IMG/VR virus record: IMGVR_UViG_3300043399_000877
Location: 1-64,000 of that record
Length of the DNA: 64,000 bases
Reading direction: 5' to 3' (one strand)
Position numbers and translations under genes: made by a program. This document shows positions 8,990 through 16,002 of the stretch, piece by piece (within the stretch, counting starts at the first letter, position 1; every line of letters begins with the position of its first letter). The notes beneath the pieces are model-generated. The model did no database searches. It had not been told where the DNA came from and saw nothing but the letters and a program-made list of their open reading frames with translations.

Positions 8990-9235
8990 AAATATTTTTC
9001 GAAGCCGGTATCAGCTCAATCTCTAGTAGAAATTTAACGGGCCCAGCTGCTTTCTGACAACTATGTCGTCTGTTTTTCCACCGTTTAAGTCAGTCCTAGA
9101 ATAGCAACCGCATTGCGGTATCCTGACTTCACTTCGAAATTTGTTTAGTGTTGCACGAGCTAAAACTTATAGTTTATTGCCGGATTCTTGTGCACCATCG
9201 TCCTCACACCCCCCTAGGTGCGGCGCAACACTATC

Positions 9236-9313
9236 TTGGCGACCTGTACGGGGATTGAACCCGTGATCTCTAGCGTGACAGGCTAGCGTCTTCAACCACT
9301 CGACTAACAGGCC
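9236..9313 (-). tRNA. tRNA-Asp(GTC)
   Basis: CTAGC-CT-GTC-AC-GCTAG, T-loop TTCAAT, CCA. Confidence 0.95.
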
Positions 9314-9318
9314 AATTT

Positions 9319-9409
9319 TGGCGGATGGTGGAGGATTCGAACCTCCGCCAGGCTATTAACCTGGACTCCCTTTCCAGGGGAGTATAATAAGCCACTCTAA
9401 CAACCATCC
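9319..9409 (-). tRNA. tRNA-Ser(GGA)
   Basis: CTCCC-CT-GGA-AA-GGGAG, long variable arm, GCCA end. Confidence 0.93.
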
Positions 9410-9416
9410 TGAAATC

Positions 9417-9492
9417 TGGTGCGGGATGAGGGATTCGAACCCCCGACATTTTCGGTGTAAACGAAACGCTACTACCACTGAGCTAATCCCGC
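9417..9492 (-). tRNA. tRNA-Val(TAC)
   Basis: TTTCG-TT-TAC-AC-CGAAA, CCA. Confidence 0.95.
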
Positions 9493-9519
9493 GTTATATT
9501 TAACATACACTAGACACGC

Positions 9520-9795
9520 TTAGTTGTCTAGTGTTTTTTCACTTGCAGTTTTATACTTTTCCAAGTATTCGTAAACCTGCTCGTAGGTCTCAAACATTCG
9601 TGTTCCCTGTTTTGACATCACACGAACGGTGGACCCAAAACACTGTATTAGGCCAAATCCCGGATATCTTCCGTTACCCAACCGTCTAGTGTTCCATCTA
9701 TTGCGTCTAGGAACCGGGTCCCTAAACTCGTGTTCTATGTTTAATAGTTCTGCGCATCGGGCGTAGAACGCTTTCTTCTCTTCTCTCGTTTTCAT
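9520..9795 (-). CDS. Hypothetical protein
   Basis: True start MKTREEKK at 9795; the longer track ORF begins inside tRNA-Ser. Confidence 0.7.
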   Translation of the reverse strand: MKTREEKKAFYARCAELLNIEHEFRDPVPRRNRWNTRRLGNGRYPGFGLIQCFGSTVRVMSKQGTRMFETYEQVYEYLEKYKTASEKTLDN

Positions 9796-9797
9796 CT

Positions 9798-9887
9798 TGG
9801 CGGACAGGGTGGGATTCGAACCCACGGTACCCTTGCGGGTACGCTGGTTTTCAAGACCAGAGCCTTAAACCACTCGGCCACCTGTCC
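9798..9887 (-). tRNA. tRNA-Ser(TGA)
   Basis: CTGGT-CT-TGA-AA-ACCAG, long variable arm, GCCA. Confidence 0.95.
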
Positions 9888-10643
9888 TTATCTTTTATTT
9901 ATCAAATCCTCGACATAGCATCTATCAACATAATGATTAACACCAGTATCTACCGTAAAATGTGTCCTCGGTTGGTTCTTCATTATCCATAGCTCGTATG
10001 CATGCCTCTCTGATTCTGCTATTACTTTTGTGGGAGTGTAGCTGTATATATCAGTGGGTTTTGGAAGTTTACGTATGTAATCGTTCCTTGCCCACCATAC
10101 ATTTCCACTTGTTATAGTGTCCCCAGTTTCTTTAGACTGAAGATCGCGAACACAGACAACATCATGATCTACTAGATGCTTTATACATCGAGTCCATTCA
10201 GTTATTGTAAAATGGTCTAATACCTCTCGCCAATTCCACACATTGGTACTGGTACCAGTCATACCTTTGGAATGTGTATATAAAACATATCCATCGTTAT
10301 TTTGGCAGTGTTCATGCAAATAGTCTAACGTCTGTCCTTCGTAAAGATTCTTTTGACTTATGTCCCTGACTTCTAAGACTCTTATAAACGGATATCTGGC
10401 GTTAACGTAGTTGACTACTTTTTCACAAAACGGTATATTATCTCCACCGTTTTCAGGAAAAAATCCACCGCCGTATTCGTCAGTTTCCCACCACATGGGC
10501 ATGCTTACACACAAATTCAAGTCAGCTGCCTCGTGCAATCGTGCTTGTGTTATTAGACGCATTTGCGCATCAAACATCCAGTGCCAGCGTAGTCCGCGGC
10601 TATCTGGCGGAATAAACAAATGGTAAAACAATTCTATTTTCAT
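9888..10643 (-). CDS. Hypothetical protein, possible glycosyltransferase-like
   Basis: YVLYTHSKG and SGNVWWARNDYIRKLP motifs seen in phage glyco-islands; AT-rich. Confidence 0.55.
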   Translation of the reverse strand: MKIELFYHLFIPPDSRGLRWHWMFDAQMRLITQARLHEAADLNLCVSMPMWWETDEYGGGFFPENGGDNIPFCEKVVNYVNARYPFIRVLEVRDISQKNLYEGQTLDYLHEHCQNNDGYVLYTHSKGMTGTSTNVWNWREVLDHFTITEWTRCIKHLVDHDVVCVRDLQSKETGDTITSGNVWWARNDYIRKLPKPTDIYSYTPTKVIAESERHAYELWIMKNQPRTHFTVDTGVNHYVDRCYVEDLINKR

Positions 10644-10657
10644 TACGATATTTATTT

Positions 10658-10781
10658 TGGCGCCGGGCGGGGATTACTGCCTCCTGACTTCTCATCGAAG
10701 GGTCATGACCCTCTCAAAGCCATTTTCTCCATTCGCCTTTGGGTCATGACTCCCATCAGCCACACCTATGTGATACCCAGC
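10658..10781 (-). ncRNA. tRNA-like RNA with enlarged central domain
   Basis: GCTGGGT/GCCCGGC 7-bp acceptor + G + CCA, degenerate T-arm, central stem built from two GGGTCATGAC(C/T)C palindromes. Confidence 0.55.
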
Positions 10782-10862
10782 TAACTTAATTGGAAGAACA
10801 GTCTCGGAATCGGAGCAGTGCCAGCACCGCGTCCAGTGGGTCGGTAACACGAAAACTGTTCT

Positions 10863-11489
10863 TCAAGTTAAGTTTTTTAGTGCAGTTATTATCTGGTCTC
10901 TAGTCCAAATACACACATTTCGTTTTACAAACGACGGAAGAGTGTCATTTATAGAAAACACTGGATCAGGAAAATTAAATGGGTGTTTTTTAAAGTTAAG
11001 CTCTGCATAACCGCCAGTCGTTATGTTTACATTTTCTGCAGGAGTATCGTGGCAGGTAGTAAACAGAAGTGGCGTACCACTTCTTAAAAAATTATTTAAC
11101 GTTGCATATATGTCTTTGAAAGACATATGAAACATGCAATCTCTACAAAGCATCATATCTGCTTGCGGTAACGGGTCAACTGTTATATCCATAACTCTAA
11201 GATCCAGGTTTGGAAACTTAGCCCGGTTTTTTTCTATCAAAAAATCAACTACGTCGGCACCGATATACTTTATATCAAGGGTGTCAACTAATGTTCCCAT
11301 CCACGTAAGGTCACCACATCCAGCATCAAAAAGTGTTTTTACATTAAACTGCTCGATTATGCCGGGAAAGGCTGATCTTAATTGTTCTGTGTACCATAAA
11401 GAAGATCCGGGACCACTCAAAGGTGTATCACCCTGTCCGCCCCATTCTTCATTTTTGTATATTTTTGAAAATATTTCTTTATTGCTCAT
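10863..11489 (-). CDS. Class I SAM-dependent methyltransferase
   Basis: SGPGS, LFDAGCGD, YIGADVV, DMMLCRDC motifs. Confidence 0.85.
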   Translation of the reverse strand: MSNKEIFSKIYKNEEWGGQGDTPLSGPGSSLWYTEQLRSAFPGIIEQFNVKTLFDAGCGDLTWMGTLVDTLDIKYIGADVVDFLIEKNRAKFPNLDLRVMDITVDPLPQADMMLCRDCMFHMSFKDIYATLNNFLRSGTPLLFTTCHDTPAENVNITTGGYAELNFKKHPFNFPDPVFSINDTLPSFVKRNVCIWTRDQIITALKNLT

Positions 11490-11508
11490 ACAATATTTAG
11501 TCGTTTTT

Positions 11509-12520
11509 GCATAGCTTGAGATTACAGCATGCTTCGAGTGCCTTTCTGGAGTACCACCGGCCTTGCGAGCCGTGTTGCCAGTTTATCCACTAAAGCCAGT
11601 TACGGTCATTCAGTATCACTCATGGTCGCCTTGTTGAGGAGTGGCATTTCTCCTGTCGCACGTTGCTATTCGTCCATCAATCCTTCGCCTGCCTTGCGAG
11701 CAGTTCACTTCCGCTAAGAAGTTACGCTATCTTTCCGAACAACTACATCAGCCTTGCGAGCATCCGTAGACCACATTCTCTTTCGAGTGTGGTATTAGAC
11801 CACTTTCACAACGTACCGGGACAGTCTTTCGCTTTTGAGTCAATAGTAGGACTTGAACCTACAGTCGACGGTTCCATAAAACCGTTGCATTACCATTATG
11901 CAATATTGCGAACCTACTTCGATGTGCTGTCCCAGTTGCACCATGTCTTGTTAGACACAGTATACAACACACCGACTGTCTTTCAGCTTGCGGCTTACTC
12001 AACCTTACTTCACGAGTCCGGGGCCTAACCCTTCTTCGCTTGTAATGCTACCTAGCCTTTGCTTGCGGGCTCAGACAGTGTAGCTACCTGTTGATATTCA
12101 GCACTCGTTAGTTTGGCTGAAAGCTGTTCGGGCGCCAACCCTCTTACCACTCACCGACTGGCTCTGTGGCTATCCTTTCGGACAACTCTCCTAACTTAAT
12201 GCCTACCGCCATTCTACTGACGGGACTTGCTTTCGCGTCATTGCGAGTCAAGTCTAATCCAGGCTTGTATGAACGAACCATTGCTGGTGCCAGTTTATAG
12301 GAAACCTGGCCTTGGGTGTGTTACCACACTTATTCTAGTGACGTCATACCGCCAATCTTTAACACAAAGCCCACGTTTCACAACGTTAACTTTGCGAGTC
12401 TCTGTTTTTAACTGTACCCCAAAACGTTGCCAATTGACTGGCTGGTTATACCTTGTTGGGTAGGATACGGATAAACTCCGTTTTTTGCCACATACAGTTA
12501 AAAACAGAGCGTTTACTCTG
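11509..12520 (-). ncRNA. Large structured ncRNA, GOLLD-like candidate
   Basis: ~1 kb with no credible minus-strand ORF, many GNRA-capped hairpins (GCTCGCAAGGC three times, CCGAAAGG, CTCGAAAG), perfect 17-bp stem 12400-12416/12493-12509, embedded tRNA-like domain, own promoter + boxA. Family identity not confirmed by a covariance search. Confidence 0.6.
11839..11910 (-). tRNA. Degenerate tRNA-His-like element embedded in the large ncRNA
   Basis: D-arm GCAT-AATGGTA-ATGC, ACGGT/ACCGT stem with 8-nt loop TTTATGGA, T-arm GTAGG-TTCAAGT-CCTAC; weak acceptor, no CCA. Confidence 0.6.
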
Positions 12521-12524
12521 TTTG

Positions 12525-12542
12525 CTAAATTTTCAAAGAGCG
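12525..12542 (-). promoter_or_regulatory. rrn-type boxA antitermination element
   Basis: CGCTCTTTGAAAATTTAG vs E. coli rrn boxA TGCTCTTTAACAATTTA, ~25 nt after the promoter. Confidence 0.7.
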
Positions 12543-12568
12543 TGTAACTACTGTTACGTTATGTTGTT

Positions 12569-12596
12569 AATATAGCAGCTAGTGCAGCAATGTCAA
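12569..12596 (-). promoter_or_regulatory. Sigma70-type promoter for the large ncRNA
   Basis: GTTGTTGACA-N16-TATATTAACAAC; nearly identical flanks at 12755-12782. Confidence 0.75.
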
Positions 12597-12754
12597 CAAC
12601 TATTTTGGTCTTGTTGCGGACTGTGTTTTTCTTTGCACAAAAATGTAAGGAACAGTCTTTGCAACGTCGTTTTAGTATACCGCGCAGTGTGTTTTTTCAT
12701 CCAAAGAAAGTATTTTAAGGAACACTGTTTGCGGCGTCGTTTTGTCGTGTTGTT

Positions 12755-12782
12755 AATATAGCAGCTCTTGCAAGTTTGTCAA
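12755..12782 (-). promoter_or_regulatory. Sigma70-type promoter driving hairpin units 3-4
   Basis: GTTGTTGACA-N16-TATATTAACAAC. Confidence 0.75.
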
Positions 12783-12791
12783 CAACTAAAT

Positions 12792-12875
12792 TGGTACACA
12801 CATCGTCTGCAGAATTGAACTGCGATCAGTCCCTATAGGACTAGCACGACCTTTGTGCTATGAACGATGTGCGTA
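12792..12875 (-). ncRNA. tRNA-like RNA with 12-bp acceptor-like stem and ACCA end
   Basis: TACGCACATCGT/ACGATGTGTGTA-CCA, T-arm GCAG-TTCAATT-CTGC, two internal hairpins AGCAC/GTGCT and GTCC/GGAC. Confidence 0.65.
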
Positions 12876-13020
12876 TAATTTAACTTGCGGCGTGTGTTTT
12901 GCTGATTTAAAGGTCAATTATTAAGGAACACGCTATGCAAGTATTGTGTAACCGGGCCGCGGATTGTGAGTTTTTTCCAAATAAAAATATAAGGAACAAT
13001 CTGTGCGGCCCGGTATTCTG

Positions 13021-14757
13021 TTAGTTCAGCAGCAGGTTTTCCAACCGGTCGTAGCTGAAGCTGCCGTAGCTGAGATCGTGATCGTATTCTACACCGTCTG
13101 CGCGATCCAAGTCGTAGCTGATGCCGGCGGCATCCAACAGTTGGCTCACAGTCCAGAAACGGCTGGTACCACGAGCAACAACAGCAGTTGACTTGTTGTC
13201 CACACTCCAACGGTTATCGTTGAGACGACCCTGGTAGACAGTGAAGGTGTTGTTGTTGACAAAACCGATCACATTACCGCGGCTATCCAGCGAACCCTTT
13301 TCGCGAATTACGACGTCCTCAATCCAACGATCCTTGCCGTCACGACCCACGACCAGTTCAAACCCAGCACCGTTGTTACCACTGAAGATGTTAACAAACA
13401 GGCCGTATTCGACACCGGTACTGGTCATGAATTCCATAGCACCGTTGCGAGCGCTGGTCATATCACCACTGAAGGTAACCGGATTGCTCTTGCTGTAACC
13501 ACTCCATGCACCCCAACCAGTACGATGACCGCTGCGGTCAATAGTGCTGAGATCGAGGTCATGTGCGCCCCAGTCGTCTTGCCAGTAAACACCGGCGCTG
13601 ATACGTCCACCACTCACGGTGATGTTGGTACCGTAGGGCAGGTTACCCAGTGCTTGCTTGCGGCTGATCGGAAGACCGTAATCAACAGTGCTATCCAGCA
13701 AAATACGCTTGCCCTGAAGACCAGCAAGATCGCGGCGGAGGCTAGCAACAATCATGTCACGGACACGATTCAGTCCAGCAGTATCACGAACCGCGCGGCC
13801 TGTTTCAAGATGCACTTTACCGTTGCGAACAATAAATGCGTCGGTATCCTGACCGGTGTGCTTGTACTCGATCAAGTTCAGGATCTTGAAGCGGTCACGA
13901 AGGCTAACCTTCTCAAGCGCCGTCTGGTCTGCACGACCAGCCAGTGCCAGTGCAAGGAACCGCTTGCCGATCGGTTCGTGAACCGGGACATGGTTGCGCT
14001 TGCTGAGTCGGGTGATACGGTTAATCACGTTACGATTGACAGCTCGCTTTGCAGCAAGGATCAACGGCTTGTGGCGGTTGAACACCTGTGCCAGCGGCAT
14101 TTCGTGTGCTTCTAGAAACTTGGTAGTAATCTGGCTGCAAACTTTGATGCTGTCAATAACCTGACGGCTCTTGATCAGCAGGGTTTTTCCGGTTGCAACC
14201 TTCACCATATAACGAACAGCGTCGTCACCGTTGTTGAAACGGTCGCGATTGGGATTGAACAGTTCAACCCGCAGTTCGTTATTACGAATCTGGTTTACAT
14301 CGTAGTCGATGTTGAAGTCCTGGATGATCTGACGAACAAGATCAGAATCTTTAACCGGAGCATTTGCATAAATCAGTGCGCGAACACGATCAGCAAGTTG
14401 CTCAACAGTGATACCCTGAACATAGGTCATAACCATAACCTGGCCTTCTTCAACTTCCAGGTCAAACAGGCCCGGACGATTGAGACCGTAAACTTCCACG
14501 TAGTGGAGCAGTTGCTTGGTCACCAGCTGAACAAGGCTGGCAGTATCACGCTCAACACGCCCGAAAAGGGTGCGAATAGCGAGCGGACTGCGGGTTGCCA
14601 TCAACACAGCCCTATGAACCGAGTTGGGTTCAAAGTCGGTGACAACAGCCAGTTTTTCAACCAACGAAGTGTTAACCACGCCGGTCGTCGCTCCGGGTTC
14701 TACAACCAGAGCATTGAACAGTTTAAGAACGTTTGCTTGTGCAGTCTGATTGTACAT
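13021..14757 (-). CDS. Conserved large-phage protein, helical N-terminal region with TerD-like C-terminal domain
   Basis: Start MYNQ at 14757 (RBS AAGGAG); C-terminal GVYW...HDLDLS...TGW...VTFSGDMTSARNGAMEF resembles TerD-family motifs; GC-richer codon usage typical of highly expressed genes. Confidence 0.6.
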   Translation of the reverse strand: MYNQTAQANVLKLFNALVVEPGATTGVVNTSLVEKLAVVTDFEPNSVHRAVLMATRSPLAIRTLFGRVERDTASLVQLVTKQLLHYVEVYGLNRPGLFDLEVEEGQVMVMTYVQGITVEQLADRVRALIYANAPVKDSDLVRQIIQDFNIDYDVNQIRNNELRVELFNPNRDRFNNGDDAVRYMVKVATGKTLLIKSRQVIDSIKVCSQITTKFLEAHEMPLAQVFNRHKPLILAAKRAVNRNVINRITRLSKRNHVPVHEPIGKRFLALALAGRADQTALEKVSLRDRFKILNLIEYKHTGQDTDAFIVRNGKVHLETGRAVRDTAGLNRVRDMIVASLRRDLAGLQGKRILLDSTVDYGLPISRKQALGNLPYGTNITVSGGRISAGVYWQDDWGAHDLDLSTIDRSGHRTGWGAWSGYSKSNPVTFSGDMTSARNGAMEFMTSTGVEYGLFVNIFSGNNGAGFELVVGRDGKDRWIEDVVIREKGSLDSRGNVIGFVNNNTFTVYQGRLNDNRWSVDNKSTAVVARGTSRFWTVSQLLDAAGISYDLDRADGVEYDHDLSYGSFSYDRLENLLLN

Positions 14758-14831
14758 CGTTGTCTCCTTTGTATGCACACTTTATAACAGTTGTCGCGTG
14801 TTGCGTCAAGTGTTATTTTGAAGTCTTTATT

Positions 14832-15227
14832 TTAGTCTTTATGGTGTTGCCAAAGTTTGTCTGAACCACCTAGGTGACCCCAGTCAGAGTCGACAACCAT
14901 TTTTGAACTAATACCGCCGCGCGGGCGGAAAGTAATTTCAAGACGAATACGAAATGGATCGTAGGCTTCCATCAAATGCTTATACATCACGTCTGTAGCC
15001 CTCTCGTATGAAATTACGGTATCTCGATATTGTATCAGATACTCTTTGAGAGATTTTAGTTCAATTGTTTTTTCTTTACCATGAAACCAAATCTTGATAT
15101 GTCCAAAGTCTGGTTGGTTTTTCACCCCAAGAAATGTAAATTCCGGAATATCAATCTGTTGTTCATATCCAGCGGCAGCATTTGGTAAAGATTTTAGTGT
15201 ATTTTCAATTGTATTCCAAAGTTTCAT
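14832..15227 (-). CDS. queF: QueF-like T-fold protein (catalytic Cys replaced)
   Basis: PEFTFLGVKNQPDFG, ELKSLKEY QueF motif, ISYE, FRPRGGISS. Confidence 0.75.
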   Translation of the reverse strand: MKLWNTIENTLKSLPNAAAGYEQQIDIPEFTFLGVKNQPDFGHIKIWFHGKEKTIELKSLKEYLIQYRDTVISYERATDVMYKHLMEAYDPFRIRLEITFRPRGGISSKMVVDSDWGHLGGSDKLWQHHKD

Positions 15228-15802
15228 TACTGCTCCGTTTTGTTATTGAGTCTTTGTTTGAGTCTTTTCTTATAAGTTTCTGTATTGCAATAAGGCTCAA
15301 TAGCCGCAATTACCGCAGTTTCAACATCGCTGATGGTTTTTGGATCATCTGACATGTTCCAAACCAATACCGGAATATCGGAAATTTTAATCAGCGGTTG
15401 ATACTGATGTTCTGTTATTACAGGTTCTACTCGACGGCGTCCAACCGTCTTATAGTATTCCGGATACTCTGGCATGTCTGAATAAATGAATCGGGCGACA
15501 CCTTCGCGCCATCCCTGAGGTGTTTCAATCCTGGGTTGCACTTTGGGTTTCAAGGGCCCGTACAACTCAGCGGGATTTGCTCTCAACTTACTACCATGGT
15601 TTTTATAAAACCTTCCAAAAACTGTCGCCGTTGGCGAGTGACACTTACCAAAGTAAAAATTCACTTCAGGATAAATGTAATAGAGTCCGCGATGCACACC
15701 GTGCAGGCCTGCTTCGAGGGATCCTACAGTAGATTCATAAGGACGTTGTTTACGTCCAGTGAATCGTTCAACGAGATTGATAATTGTGTCTACGTGTTGC
15801 AT
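15227..15802 (-). CDS. Hypothetical protein (GIY-YIG-like)
   Basis: GLYYIY...FYFGK...ETAVIAAIEPYCN. Confidence 0.55.
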   Translation of the reverse strand: MQHVDTIINLVERFTGRKQRPYESTVGSLEAGLHGVHRGLYYIYPEVNFYFGKCHSPTATVFGRFYKNHGSKLRANPAELYGPLKPKVQPRIETPQGWREGVARFIYSDMPEYPEYYKTVGRRRVEPVITEHQYQPLIKISDIPVLVWNMSDDPKTISDVETAVIAAIEPYCNTETYKKRLKQRLNNKTEQ

Positions 15803-15846
15803 TTTGCTAATCTAGCAGTGCCGTCAGCAAATGTCAACAAGTTTTA

Positions 15847-15922
15847 TGGTGCTGCTAGACGGGTTCGAACCGCCGACCTGATGATTACTAATCAACTGCT
15901 CTACCAGCTGAGCTACAGCAGC
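15847..15922 (-). tRNA. tRNA-Thr(AGT)
   Basis: GCTGCTG...TTGA-TT-AGT-AA-TCA, Thr-type body, ACCA. Confidence 0.88.
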
Positions 15923-15927
15923 GTTAT

Positions 15928-16002
15928 TGGAGCGGGCGATGGGATTCGAACCCACGACCTGAGGCTTGGCAAGCCGCCGCTCTACCCCTGAGCTACGCCC
16001 GC
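15928..16002 (-). tRNA. tRNA-Gly(GCC)
   Basis: GCGGGCG...TT-GCC-AA, U73 discriminator + CCA. Confidence 0.93.

Larger units (their letters stand above)
12610..13014 (-). repeat. Array of four structurally conserved RNA hairpin units
   Basis: Each unit: outer stem..GC-ANA-6bp stem ending GT-TCCTTA-variable hairpin-A-tract-C..-AC stem-C-GC..; stems covary between units (GATTGT/ACAATC, GCGTGT/ACACGC, CAGTGT/ACACTG, GACTGT/ACAGTC). Confidence 0.85.

Noticed and set aside
9030-9050. Pistol ribozyme-like string GGGCCCGTTAAAT (minus strand)
   Set aside because: Only a short sequence resemblance; the P1/pseudoknot/P3 arrangement could not be built.
12610-13014. CRISPR array interpretation of the four repeats
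   Set aside because: Repeats are not identical but covary structurally, spacing is irregular with a promoter and a tRNA-like RNA in between, and no cas genes are present (the 47236 nuclease is a stand-alone phage PD-(D/E)XK enzyme).
12610-13014. preQ1-I riboswitch interpretation (GUUC...AAAAAC, queF nearby)
   Set aside because: In preQ1-I the A-rich tail follows the closed P1 stem. Here the A-tract lies inside the stem, and the units are not upstream of queF or any coding gene.
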